Source: Dehalococcoidia bacterium
GTDB lineage: Bacteria > Chloroflexota > Dehalococcoidia > Bin125
Direction: 5' to 3'
NCBI GenBank assembly: GCA_963663895.2
Contig: CAXXRD010000002.1
Span: 384,001 to 448,000, forward strand
Length of the DNA stretch: 64,000 nt
The notes under the pieces were generated by a model. That model did no database searches. It was not told the origin of the DNA and worked only from the letters and a program-made list of their open reading frames with translations. This document shows, in pieces, positions 8,869 to 18,452 of the stretch. The first letter of the stretch is position 1; every line of letters begins with the position of its first letter. The position numbers and the translations under genes are program-made.

Positions 8869-9807
8869 CTATGCGAGCAGAGCGGCGACGCGGGCGACGG
8901 CGGCAGGCTGGTGCTCGGAGGCCCAGAGGGTCGAAACCGTGAGCGTGACGCCCGCCGCTTGCCACGCCTCGATCTTGTCGCGCATCTGCGAGCGCGAGCC
9001 GAAGATCCCGACATCTTCCGCCATGCGCTCACTGATGGCCGCTTCCACCGCCGTGTGGTCGCCGGCGGCGAGCGCGGCCTGCGCACGCTGCACTTCCTCC
9101 CCATAGCCAGCTTCCGTGAAGAAGGCCGTATAGTTGGGGAGCGGCATGTGGAGCGCGAGAAAGCGCCGGACGAAGGCCAGGCCTTCCTCGCGCTCCTCGT
9201 TGATCCAGATCGGCGCGATGTTGGCGAAGGTGCATTGCGCCCGCTTCGCCTCGGGAATCTCTTGCTGCAGGGCCGCGACGTGGGAGAGGGGGATGTTGGC
9301 ACCGAGGGCGCCTTCCGCGATCTCGCCGGCAAGCCGGGTCATCTTGCGCCGCAGGGCCGCAATCCATATCGGGGGAAGGGGCTGGCCGCGGGCCGCGGCC
9401 CGCAGCTGCTGAACGTAGTCGCGGACATGCCCCAAGGGCTTCTCCCAGGTGATCCCGAAGGGCTCCAGGATCGCCGCGTGGCCCGTGCCGAGGCCGAGCC
9501 GGAAGCGGCCACCGCTGACCTCATGGTTGAAGGAGGCAGCGCCCGCCAAGTCGGCGGGATGGCGCATGTAGGTGATGCTGATGCCGCTGCCGACGGTGAT
9601 CTCATTGGTGGCCTGGAGAATGGCGGAGCAGAGGCTGAGCGCGTCGTATACCTCCGAGATGGCTCCAACCCAGTCTCCCTTGGGAACCGCCCAGTCGTAG
9701 GGGCAGAGGATGTGATCGAATCCCTGACGATCGAGCTGCTGCGCGAGCTCAATGGCCGCGCGGCGCTCGCCCGGCTGAGCAGCCACCATGATGCCCGGTT
9801 TCGCCAT
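8869..9807 (-). CDS. LLM-class (F420/flavin-dependent) oxidoreductase
   Basis: SGGRFRLGLGTGH and PPIWIAAL...LAGEIAEG motifs. Start reassigned to ATG 9807 (MAKPGIM) after a GGGGAGGG RBS. Confidence 0.88.
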   Translation of the reverse strand: MAKPGIMVAAQPGERRAAIELAQQLDRQGFDHILCPYDWAVPKGDWVGAISEVYDALSLCSAILQATNEITVGSGISITYMRHPADLAGAASFNHEVSGGRFRLGLGTGHAAILEPFGITWEKPLGHVRDYVQQLRAAARGQPLPPIWIAALRRKMTRLAGEIAEGALGANIPLSHVAALQQEIPEAKRAQCTFANIAPIWINEEREEGLAFVRRFLALHMPLPNYTAFFTEAGYGEEVQRAQAALAAGDHTAVEAAISERMAEDVGIFGSRSQMRDKIEAWQAAGVTLTVSTLWASEHQPAAVARVAALLA

Positions 9808-9868
9808 CGTTGCCCTCCCCACTCTGGCCGCTACGATACTGCGCGACGCAAGCGATGGGAGGAAGGGT

Positions 9869-10726
9869 ATGCCAGCACCAGCGCCGCCCGGAGCGCGACT
9901 CCGAGCGCTCATGGATCGGGGGACGGTCGTCGCGCCGTTCGTATGGGACGGCGGACAGGCCGCGTACGCCGCCGCGGCCGGGCATGCGGCGGTCTACATG
10001 ACCGGATTCGGCACGGCGGCGGCGCACGGGGTGCCGGATATCGGGCTGCTGGGGATGGGCGAAATGGTCGCGAACGCCCGGCGGATCGCAGCGGCGGTCG
10101 ACGTGCCCGTGATCGCGGACGCGGATACCGGCTACGGCAACGCGGCCAACGTCACGCGGACCGTCGAAAGCTATGAGGCGGCGGGAGTGGCGGCGCTGCA
10201 CATTGAGGATCAGGTTTGGCCCAAGCGCTGCGGTTTCATGGCCGGCAAGGAGGTCATCCCGATCGAGGAAGCGGTGCAGAAAGTGCGGGCCGCGTGTACC
10301 GCCCGCCGCGACGGGTCGCTGGTGGTGATCGCCAGGACGGATGCGCTGGCACCGCAGGGCTGGGACGAGGTCGATCGACGGATCCACGCCTTCGCGGAGG
10401 CCGGAGCGGACCTGGTGTTCGTCGACGGGCTCAAGACACGGGATGACATCGAGCGGGTGGCGGCGATGGCGCCGGATCTGCCGCGCCTGCTGAATAGCGG
10501 GCTGTTGCAGGCGGAAGAGGCGGCAGCCTTGGGCTACCGGCTGGTGCTTGCCCTCGACACGATCCATGCCTTATTCGGCGCGATCCGCGACATCTACGAG
10601 GAGCTGGCGCGGCGCGGCCGCCTTGACGCGGCCGGGCGAGAGATGCCGGACGTGGAAGCGATCGCACGCGTCCTCGGGGTCGAGCGCTACCGAGCGGCGG
10701 AAGCGGCGGCGGAGACGGCGCGCTAG
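9869..10726 (+). CDS. Isocitrate lyase / PEP mutase superfamily lyase
   Basis: PVIADADTGYG, HIEDQVWPKRCGF, IARTDA, AGADLVF motifs. Start at ATG 9869. Confidence 0.9.
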   Translation: MPAPAPPGARLRALMDRGTVVAPFVWDGGQAAYAAAAGHAAVYMTGFGTAAAHGVPDIGLLGMGEMVANARRIAAAVDVPVIADADTGYGNAANVTRTVESYEAAGVAALHIEDQVWPKRCGFMAGKEVIPIEEAVQKVRAACTARRDGSLVVIARTDALAPQGWDEVDRRIHAFAEAGADLVFVDGLKTRDDIERVAAMAPDLPRLLNSGLLQAEEAAALGYRLVLALDTIHALFGAIRDIYEELARRGRLDAAGREMPDVEAIARVLGVERYRAAEAAAETAR

Positions 10727-11361
10727 GAGGCGGCGCCGATCTCCTGCAGGTAGGCGATCACTTCGGCTTCGTCGACGACATCTCCGTATTTGGCGTTCAT
10801 GTCGAAGAGGTTGGCCTCGTGGGGCCGCTCATCGCGATCGCCGACGGCCTCGCGCACGATGACGGGGCGGAAGCCGCTGGAGACGGTATCGATGCAGGTG
10901 GCGCGGATGCAGCCGCTGGTCGTCAGGCCGGCAATGATCAGCGTATCGATACCAAGTGCGGTGAGGGTGGCCGCCAAGCTGGTGCCGAAGAAGGCGCTGG
11001 GATATTGCTTGGAGATGACGAGCTCGTCGTCGCGCGGATCGAGTCCCTCGGGCCAAGCGCCCAGCGCCGATCCCTCTTCGAAGATTCGCAGTGTGGGCAC
11101 TTTCTTGACGAAGATGCCCCCATCGGCGGCGCCTTTCATGTAACGCACATTGGTGAAGGCGATGAAGACGCCGGCCCGCCGTGCGGCCGCGAGCACGCGC
11201 TTGGCGGACTCCAGCGTGTCCTCGACGCCCGCGTAGAGCGGCGAGGCGTTGTCGAAATAGGCCTCCACCATATCGACCACGAGGAGAGCGGGGCGGTCAC
11301 CGAAGCCGAGGCGCTGATTGTACCCGGCGCCGGCGTAATCCTGGTCGAGATCTTGTGTCAT
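10723..11361 (-). CDS. Isochorismatase-family cysteine hydrolase (N-carbamoylsarcosine amidase-like)
   Basis: PALLVVDM, KQYPSAFFGT, GLTTSGCIRAT (Asp-Lys-Cys triad). Start MTQDLD at 11361 after GGAGG. Confidence 0.9.
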   Translation of the reverse strand: MTQDLDQDYAGAGYNQRLGFGDRPALLVVDMVEAYFDNASPLYAGVEDTLESAKRVLAAARRAGVFIAFTNVRYMKGAADGGIFVKKVPTLRIFEEGSALGAWPEGLDPRDDELVISKQYPSAFFGTSLAATLTALGIDTLIIAGLTTSGCIRATCIDTVSSGFRPVIVREAVGDRDERPHEANLFDMNAKYGDVVDEAEVIAYLQEIGAAS

Positions 11362-11387
11362 GACGCGTCGTCCTCCGTGATTCCAGG

Positions 11388-13280
11388 CTAGCCGACGCCA
11401 GCCGATTGCCTGGAGGAGAGCCAGCGCGGCACCTGCGGCTCCGCCGGCGGATCGAGCATGGTTTCCGCTTTGCAGCGGGCCTTGAGCTCTTCGATCGATC
11501 CTCCGAAGTCGAACAACTGGGGCGCGGGGCGTTCGGCGGTGATCTTCTCCCGGAGATCGGTGGTGGCCGCCTGGTCGACGGTGCCGTCGTCGTTTATCAC
11601 GACGCCGTAGCGCTTGGCGCCCTCGACGGAGACGAGTCCGCGGGCAACGTCGGCGGCGACAAGGTCGGCGTCGCGCTGGAGGGGGTCGCCCCAACCGCCG
11701 CCGCCCCAGGTGTTGAAGTAGAGAATATCGCCTTCCTCAACCATGATGCGGTCGCACTTGGAGGGCAGGTACTCCCGGGAGCCGTCGGTGCGCACGAGCA
11801 GCTTGGTGCTGCGGCCTCCGGGAAGACCCCCGTTCACGCCCCAGGGGTAGGTGAGCCAGCGGTCGTCGTGAATGGAGATTTCGCCGGGCTCGAGGAACCG
11901 ATAGCCGATGGAGATCCCGTTCCCGCCCCGATGCAGGCCGGGGCCGCCGGAGTCGGTCACCGTCTCGTAGGTGTCGATCCGGAGAGGGAAGTAGCTTTCC
12001 AGGAACTCGTTGGGAACATTGGTGAAGGAGGGCCAGAGCGAGTGGCCATCGGGGCCGTCACCCATGGGGCGGCCGGGGATGCCCCCGAAGCCGATCTGGT
12101 AGAGCTGGTACCACTCGCCATTCCTGTCATAGCCGGAGTACATGAAATGCGGGCTGTCGGAGAAGCCGGCGGCACAGAGCAGGTCGGGGGCCCCTTGTCC
12201 GAAGAGGCCGCTGATGATGTCGAACACGCGGCCGAGGGTATGGGTGCGGCAGGAGAGCGCGCCGGGGCGCCGCGGCTTGAGCAGGGAGCCTTTGGGAATG
12301 CGTACTTCCATGAGGTCATAGAAGCCGTCGTTGAAGAGGATCTGGGGGTCGAAGACCATGATCATGAAGACGCCGCAGAACATCTTGAACATGGCCTCGC
12401 TGAGATAGAAGTTGATGGAGCCGATCGACTGCGGATCGGTCTCCGCGAAGTCGAAGATGACCTTGTCGCCCTCGCGCCACATGGCGCAGTGGAGCTTGTA
12501 AGGGCCCATGCCCAAGCCGTCGTCGCAGACGTAGTCCTCAAAGGTGCGCTTCTCTTCGGGGATCATGGTGCGGATCAGCTCCCGCATCGCGCGACGGTTG
12601 CGATCCAGCAGCTCCTCCAGCGCGGAGTAGTAGACATCGTCGCCGAAGCGCTCGGCGAGCTCGATCGTGCGCCGCCCGGCCAGGCGGCAGGCGGCGAGGA
12701 TGGCGTTGAGGTCGCTGCGGTTCCACTGTGGGAGACGGCAGTTGCGCAGGATCAGATCGAGGATGTCCTCCTGCAGCACGCCGCGCTTATAGATCTTGAC
12801 GGGCGGGATGATGACGCCCTCTTCGAAGATCTGGCGGGCGTCGGTGGGGAGACTTCCGGGCACTTTGCCGCCGACATCCGTGACGTGCCCGAACATCGCC
12901 ACCCAGCTGATCATGCGACCGTCTTTGTAGATGGGCATGAGGACCAGCCAGTCGTTGCCGTGGCTGATGGCGGCGTCGCAGCTGTAGGGATCGGAGGTGA
13001 GGAAGACGTCTCCCTCTTCGATCAGGCCGTCATAGGCCTGGAGGAAGCCGTGGATGAAGGAGCCGAACTGGCCGACGACCATCTTGCCGTCCAGGTTGGC
13101 GATCATGGGAAACTCGTCGTGCTGCTCGCGGATGCCCGGAGACATGGCGGTGCGGAAGAGCACGGCATCCATCTCAAAGCGGGCGTTGCGCAGGGCGTTC
13201 TCAATGATATCCAGGGTGACGGGATCCACCGTGACTCCCTGGAAGGGCGTTGTGTTGGTTTGCTGAATGGTGGCCGGCAT
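11388..13280 (-). CDS. hyuB: N-methylhydantoinase B / oxoprolinase beta subunit
   Basis: DPVTLDII, SDPY, HVTDVGG, GGGGWGDPL. Directly downstream of the A subunit. Confidence 0.9.
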   Translation of the reverse strand: MPATIQQTNTTPFQGVTVDPVTLDIIENALRNARFEMDAVLFRTAMSPGIREQHDEFPMIANLDGKMVVGQFGSFIHGFLQAYDGLIEEGDVFLTSDPYSCDAAISHGNDWLVLMPIYKDGRMISWVAMFGHVTDVGGKVPGSLPTDARQIFEEGVIIPPVKIYKRGVLQEDILDLILRNCRLPQWNRSDLNAILAACRLAGRRTIELAERFGDDVYYSALEELLDRNRRAMRELIRTMIPEEKRTFEDYVCDDGLGMGPYKLHCAMWREGDKVIFDFAETDPQSIGSINFYLSEAMFKMFCGVFMIMVFDPQILFNDGFYDLMEVRIPKGSLLKPRRPGALSCRTHTLGRVFDIISGLFGQGAPDLLCAAGFSDSPHFMYSGYDRNGEWYQLYQIGFGGIPGRPMGDGPDGHSLWPSFTNVPNEFLESYFPLRIDTYETVTDSGGPGLHRGGNGISIGYRFLEPGEISIHDDRWLTYPWGVNGGLPGGRSTKLLVRTDGSREYLPSKCDRIMVEEGDILYFNTWGGGGWGDPLQRDADLVAADVARGLVSVEGAKRYGVVINDDGTVDQAATTDLREKITAERPAPQLFDFGGSIEELKARCKAETMLDPPAEPQVPRWLSSRQSAGVG

Positions 13281-13291
13281 CGCTGCCCTCT

Positions 13292-15349
13292 CTAGCTCGT
13301 GTGGGGCCGGATGAGGATGTTGCCCAGCGCGTCTATCTCGCCGGTGTGGCCGGGCAGGATGAGGCTGGTGGCATCCATCTCTGTCACGATCGCGGGACCG
13401 GAGATGCGATGTCCCGCGCGCAGGGCGGCACGGTCGTAGATGGTGGCTTGACGCTGCTCTTGGTCCACGTAGATCGCTTGGGTACCGATGGCGGCGGCGG
13501 CCGGATCGGAGCCGCTGGTTCCCAGCGTCTCCGCAGCGAGGGTGGTGGCTTGACCATGCACGACCGCGCGCAGATTCACCACCTCTCGATCGGCGTCGAG
13601 GGCGAAGGTGAAGAGCTGCGTGTGGATCTGGTCGAACTGGGCGCCAGCGGCTTCGAGGCCGCCACTGGTGAAGCCGTCGAGCGCCACGTCGACGGTGAGG
13701 AGCAGGCCTTGGCCGTGGTAGCGGAGATCGATCTGACAGGTGGTGGTCTGGTCGGATCGGGGAACGCCCTCGGCGTCGAGCGCCGCAGCAGCGGTTTCCT
13801 GCAGCTCCTTGAGGATGCCCCCCACTTCGGCGGAGCTGGTCTCGGGGAAGCGCCGAATGAACGTGCGGGAGGCCTCGTTGCGCAAGCGGGTCGTGGCGTC
13901 GCCATAGGCACAGAGCACGCCCGGCCCGGGCGGAATGATCACCGGCCAGGAATTCATGAGGCGGCCGAGTGCGTTGGCATGCATGGGTCCAGCGCCGCCG
14001 AAGGCGACGAGGGCGAAGTCGCGGGGGTCGTAGCCTTGTTCGACGGATACGAGGCGGAGAGCGCCGAACATATTCTCGTTGACGATATCGATGATGCCGG
14101 CCGCAGCACGCTCCAGAGAGAGGTCGAGAGCGTCCGCGACGGTCTGGACGGCGGCGGCGGCCTTGGCGCGATCGATGGCAAGCTCCCCGCCGAGACGGGC
14201 AGAGGCAGGGAGGTAACCGAGCACGACGTTGGCGTCGGTGACGGTGGGGCTGGTTCCGCCCTTGTTGTAGGCGGCGGGACCAGGGTCGGCGCCAGCGCTC
14301 TGGGGCCCCACCCGCAGGGCCTTGGTGAGCTCGGGAACGTGGGCGATGGAGCCGCCTCCCGCCCCAACGGTGCGCACGTCCAGGGACGAGGCGCGCACGG
14401 TCACGTCGCCGACGGTAGTCTCGCGGCGGGTACGGGCGCGGCCGTCTTGCACGAGGCAGACATCGGTGGAAGTGCCGCCCATGTCGAAGGTAAGCAGATT
14501 GCGGTAACCGGCCTGCTGGGCGATCCAGATGGCGCCAGCGACCCCACCGGCCGGCCCACTCATGAGCAGGTTGACGGGCGTGGCGCGAGCGGCTTCGGCG
14601 GAGGCAAGCCCCCCGTCGGAGCGGAGCAGGTGGAGGTTGTGGTCGCCCAAGCGGTCGCGAAGATCGCCTTGCAGCGCCGTCACGTAACCGGCGACGACGG
14701 GACGGACGTACGAGTTGGCGACGGTGGTAATGGTGCGCTCGTACTCCTGCATCTCCGGGATCACTTCGGAGGAGAGGGAAACGGGCACGCCGGGCATCTC
14801 CTCTTCGGCGATCGCCTGAACGCGACGCTCATGCCGACCGTCGGCGTAAGCATTGACCAGAGAGACGGTAAGCGCCTCGACGCCACGCGCTTTGAGCTGA
14901 CGAAGCTTGGCGCGGAGGTCGTCCTCGTCCAAGGGCTCGACGACATCGCCGCGGGCGCTGAGGCGCTCCTTCGCTTCGATCGTCAACTCGAGCGGAGCCA
15001 GCGGCGCACTCTTGTTGTAGATCACCCAGGCGCCGAGACCGCCGGGGACGAAGGAGCGGGCCACTTGCAGCACCTGTCCGTAACCCTGTGTGGTTACGAG
15101 GCCGACGCGGGCGCCACTGCCGGTGAGGATGGCGTTGGTCGCGACGGTGGTGCCGTGCATGACTTGGCCGATTGCCCGTGGCGCGATGCCGGCTTGCTGG
15201 CAAACTTTCTCCAACCCTTGTAGGACGCCAGCGGAGAGGTCCGCGGGAGTGGAGGGAACCTTCGCGATGTGCCGGGCACCGCTGTCTTCGTCAATGAGAA
15301 GAAGGTCCGTGAAGGTTCCACCCACGTCGACACCGACTCGGAAGGCCAT
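13292..15349 (-). CDS. hyuA: N-methylhydantoinase A / oxoprolinase alpha subunit (ATP-binding)
   Basis: GVDVGGTFTD, HGTTVATN, SGPAGG, DMGGTSTD, GAGGGSIA, FGGAGPMH motifs. Confidence 0.93.
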   Translation of the reverse strand: MAFRVGVDVGGTFTDLLLIDEDSGARHIAKVPSTPADLSAGVLQGLEKVCQQAGIAPRAIGQVMHGTTVATNAILTGSGARVGLVTTQGYGQVLQVARSFVPGGLGAWVIYNKSAPLAPLELTIEAKERLSARGDVVEPLDEDDLRAKLRQLKARGVEALTVSLVNAYADGRHERRVQAIAEEEMPGVPVSLSSEVIPEMQEYERTITTVANSYVRPVVAGYVTALQGDLRDRLGDHNLHLLRSDGGLASAEAARATPVNLLMSGPAGGVAGAIWIAQQAGYRNLLTFDMGGTSTDVCLVQDGRARTRRETTVGDVTVRASSLDVRTVGAGGGSIAHVPELTKALRVGPQSAGADPGPAAYNKGGTSPTVTDANVVLGYLPASARLGGELAIDRAKAAAAVQTVADALDLSLERAAAGIIDIVNENMFGALRLVSVEQGYDPRDFALVAFGGAGPMHANALGRLMNSWPVIIPPGPGVLCAYGDATTRLRNEASRTFIRRFPETSSAEVGGILKELQETAAAALDAEGVPRSDQTTTCQIDLRYHGQGLLLTVDVALDGFTSGGLEAAGAQFDQIHTQLFTFALDADREVVNLRAVVHGQATTLAAETLGTSGSDPAAAAIGTQAIYVDQEQRQATIYDRAALRAGHRISGPAIVTEMDATSLILPGHTGEIDALGNILIRPHTS

Positions 15350-15511
15350 GCGTCTCTCCTCTCTGGGACGAATGGGAATCTAGCTTGCTACGGCCGTGTG
15401 TCAACAGAGGCGTGTCCCAACAGACTCGCGTGCGCCGCGGCTTGACTGCCGTGGATGCCTCGCTAGCCTCCGCGGGTCGAGCATGGAAGCGCCGGATGGG
15501 AGGAGCGAGCT

Positions 15512-16324
15512 GTGCGACTCGAGGGACGGGTAGCGTTTATCACGGGCGCGGCCAGCGGCTTTGGCCGGGCGATGGCGGAGCGGTTCGCGGAGGAGGGGGC
15601 GGAGGTAGCGATCGCGGACATCGACATGACATGGCTGGCGGAGACGGCGCAGCGAGTGCAAGAGCGCGGCCGGGAGGCGCTGATGGTGCGCTGTGACGTC
15701 AGCAAGCGAGCGGAGATTCAGGCCGGCGTCGAGGCGACGGTCGAGCGCTTCGGCAAGCTGACGACGATGGTCGCGAACGCGGGAACGGTGGAGCGCGCCG
15801 GCTTCTTGGACCTGACGGATGAGGAGTGGGATCGCGTGCAAGCCGTCGACCTGCGGGGGGTCTTCGTCTGCAACCAGATCGCGGCGCGGCAGATGATCGC
15901 GCAAGGGGAAGGCGGCCAGATCATCAACACCGGCAGCCAACTGGGTGAAGTGGGAGCACCGCTGGCGCCATCCTATACCGCGGCCAAGGCGGGGGTGAAG
16001 AATCTGACCAAGTCGGCGGCGGTGGCGCTGGCGGCGCACGGGATTCGGGTCAATTGCATCGGACCGGGGCCGGTGCCAACGCGGATCGCGAGCGGTCTGC
16101 TGGGCATCCCCGAGGTGCGCGACCATTTCGAGCGGCACGTGCCGCTGGGACACCTGGGCGAGCCGCTGGATATCGCCAATGCGGCGGTGTTCCTGGCGTC
16201 CGACGAGAGTAGCTGGGTGACGGGAGAGACGATCATGGTCGACGGGGGATACCTGTTGAACAGCTTTCGCGCCCCGGAGGTGGATGAAGCGCTGCGGCGG
16301 GCGCAGGCGGGTGCAGGCCGCTAG
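15512..16324 (+). CDS. Short-chain dehydrogenase/reductase
   Basis: TGAASGFG, NAG, YTAAK, IRVNCIGPG. Confidence 0.93.
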   Translation: MRLEGRVAFITGAASGFGRAMAERFAEEGAEVAIADIDMTWLAETAQRVQERGREALMVRCDVSKRAEIQAGVEATVERFGKLTTMVANAGTVERAGFLDLTDEEWDRVQAVDLRGVFVCNQIAARQMIAQGEGGQIINTGSQLGEVGAPLAPSYTAAKAGVKNLTKSAAVALAAHGIRVNCIGPGPVPTRIASGLLGIPEVRDHFERHVPLGHLGEPLDIANAAVFLASDESSWVTGETIMVDGGYLLNSFRAPEVDEALRRAQAGAGR

Positions 16325-16326
16325 CG

Positions 16327-17109
16327 ATGGGCATGCTGGACGGCAAGGTGGCGGTGATCACGGGCGGAGCCTCCGGGATCGGCGCGGAGAGCGTGCGGCT
16401 ATTCGCGCGGGAAGGGGCCAGGGTGATGGTGGGGGATATCGACGAGGCGGGGGGCGAGGCGAGCGCGGCGGCAGCGCGCGCGGACGGTGGGGAGGCGCTG
16501 TTCCAAGGGGCCGACGTGTCGCAGGCGACGGCGGTGCGGGAGCTGGTCGCAGCGGCGGTCGAGCGCTGGGGCGGGCTGGACGTGATGTTCAGCAACGCGG
16601 GCGTGTTTTACCGAACGGGCGGTCTGGCCGACTGCAGCGAGGAAGAGTTCGATAAGACGATCGCGACCAACCTGCGGGGCACGTTCCTGTGCCTGCGGGC
16701 GGCGATCTCGCACATGATCGAGCGGGGCGGAGGGTCGATCATCGTGACCTCGTCGATCGCGGCGGAGTTCGGGTTGCCGCTTTCAGCGGCGTACGCGGCG
16801 AGCAAGGCCGGGATCGGAGGATTGGTGCGGGTCGCGGCGGTGGAGTACGGCCAGCACAAGATTCGCGTGAATGCGATCCAGCCGGGGCTGATCGTGACGC
16901 CGCAGTCGCTGGCCGACCCGCGTTTGCAGGCCGAGACGCAGGCAGCGCAAGTCGCGCTGTTCGCCGCGGCGCAACCGATCCCGCGGGCGGGGGAGCCGCT
17001 GGATATCGCGCGCACGGCGGTCTGGCTGGCAAGCGACCTCTCGACGTTCGTGACGGGGCAGGAGATCGTGGTGGATGGAGGGTTCTTGCCGAACCCGGGA
17101 TTGGGCTAG
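16327..17109 (+). CDS. Short-chain dehydrogenase/reductase
   Basis: TGGASGIG, NAG, YAASK, IRVNAIQPG. Confidence 0.93.
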   Translation: MGMLDGKVAVITGGASGIGAESVRLFAREGARVMVGDIDEAGGEASAAAARADGGEALFQGADVSQATAVRELVAAAVERWGGLDVMFSNAGVFYRTGGLADCSEEEFDKTIATNLRGTFLCLRAAISHMIERGGGSIIVTSSIAAEFGLPLSAAYAASKAGIGGLVRVAAVEYGQHKIRVNAIQPGLIVTPQSLADPRLQAETQAAQVALFAAAQPIPRAGEPLDIARTAVWLASDLSTFVTGQEIVVDGGFLPNPGLG

Positions 17110-17177
17110 GCGAGTACCGCTCCCTCGTTGTCCCGCGCGGAGGAGCAGGCGCGAGCCACGTCCCCACGCGGAAAACG

Positions 17178-18452
17178 CTAGTGCGCGTGCCACAGCGCCG
17201 CCCAGACATTGCGTCCGGTGATGCGCTGTCCGGAGAGGAGGATCCCGGCCCGGAATACGCGGGATGCGACCCAAAGCAAGAGCAGCGCCGTTCCCGCAGT
17301 GATCCCCAAAGCGAGGGCGATCTCGCCCCCGGACATGTCGCTCCCCGCGCCGAGCCTAACCATCAGCGTCGTCGGCGCCGTAAAGGGGAAGTAAGTGAGG
17401 ATCTGGGCGACCGCTCCGTCCGGTTGCGAGATGAACAGCCCCGCCAGCCAGATCGGCAGGGCGGTCAGCAAGCTCAACAGCCCGGTGTATTTCTGAGCAT
17501 CCGCCGACGAAGAGACGACGCTGGCGATGAACAGCGCCAGGACGGAAAATAGAAAGTACCCGAGGACGAAGCTCAGCGATACGGTCGTCAGCAACCCCGC
17601 CGAGATCGTCAACTCCCCGCCATTCGGGATCCGGTCGAAGATCGCCGGCATAGCGAACGTCGCCACGGCGATCCAGACCGCGATCTGAATCAGTCCGGCC
17701 AAGCCCAACGCCAGGAGCTTGCCGGACATGATCGAGAGCGCCGCCGCCGCGGTGACCAGCATCTCAATCATGCGGGTCTCTTTCTCTTCGGCGAGACTCC
17801 TCATCAAGGAGCCGCTGCCGGAGAGGACGCCGATCAGCAGCAGCGCGGCGAAGAGCATGGGGACGAGGAGCTCCCCGATCTCTTGCGCTAACGGGATCGC
17901 CTCCGCGACGGCCCCATCGGCGCCGATCTCGAAATTCCGATAGTCCGCAGGGTGGAGTGCGCGCGCCAAAATGTTGGGCTCCACCTGCCCGGCGATCAAT
18001 TCGCCGGTCAGGAAGCTTCTGAAAGCGAACTCGGCGGCGGCGTTGCCCCAGAACCGTCCCTGGCTCTCGCCGGAGGCCCGGTAGTGATCCACGACGCCGG
18101 ACTCGATGTAACCGCTGGGAAGCAGGAAGAAAGCGTCGATCGCGCCTTGCCGAACCGCCTCGACGCCCGCGGCAAGATTGCCGTACTGCCTCGGGGCGTC
18201 CTGCAGCCCCCGGCCCGGCAAAACGCCTGCCGGATCGGCATACCCGATCCGCTCCCGCAGCGCCCCCGTCACGACACGCACGCCCTCAGAATCGTCACCC
18301 TCAACCAGATCCACGACGACCGGGGTGATCGGGATGGCGATCAACAGCAGGACGGGGATCAGCACCGTAAAAAACGCGAAGCCGAGGCCGCGTATCTGGC
18401 GCCGGAACTCTTCGGCGAAGATGACGCGCAACTCAGGAGATGGACCGCGCAC
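17178..18452 (-). CDS. ABC-2 type exporter permease (NatB-like)
   Basis: EEKETRMIEML, GKLLALGL, FPFTAP and several TM helices. GTG start at 18452 after GAGGAGG, overlapping the ATPase stop. Confidence 0.88.
   Translation of the reverse strand: MRGPSPELRVIFAEEFRRQIRGLGFAFFTVLIPVLLLIAIPITPVVVDLVEGDDSEGVRVVTGALRERIGYADPAGVLPGRGLQDAPRQYGNLAAGVEAVRQGAIDAFFLLPSGYIESGVVDHYRASGESQGRFWGNAAAEFAFRSFLTGELIAGQVEPNILARALHPADYRNFEIGADGAVAEAIPLAQEIGELLVPMLFAALLLIGVLSGSGSLMRSLAEEKETRMIEMLVTAAAALSIMSGKLLALGLAGLIQIAVWIAVATFAMPAIFDRIPNGGELTISAGLLTTVSLSFVLGYFLFSVLALFIASVVSSSADAQKYTGLLSLLTALPIWLAGLFISQPDGAVAQILTYFPFTAPTTLMVRLGAGSDMSGGEIALALGITAGTALLLLWVASRVFRAGILLSGQRITGRNVWAALWHAH

Noticed and set aside
7304-15223. 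Very long plus-strand ORFs (600, 443, 629, 657 aa) opposite the hyu genes
   Set aside because: Stop-poor antisense frames typical of high-GC coding DNA, with no motifs. The opposite strand has clear family signatures.
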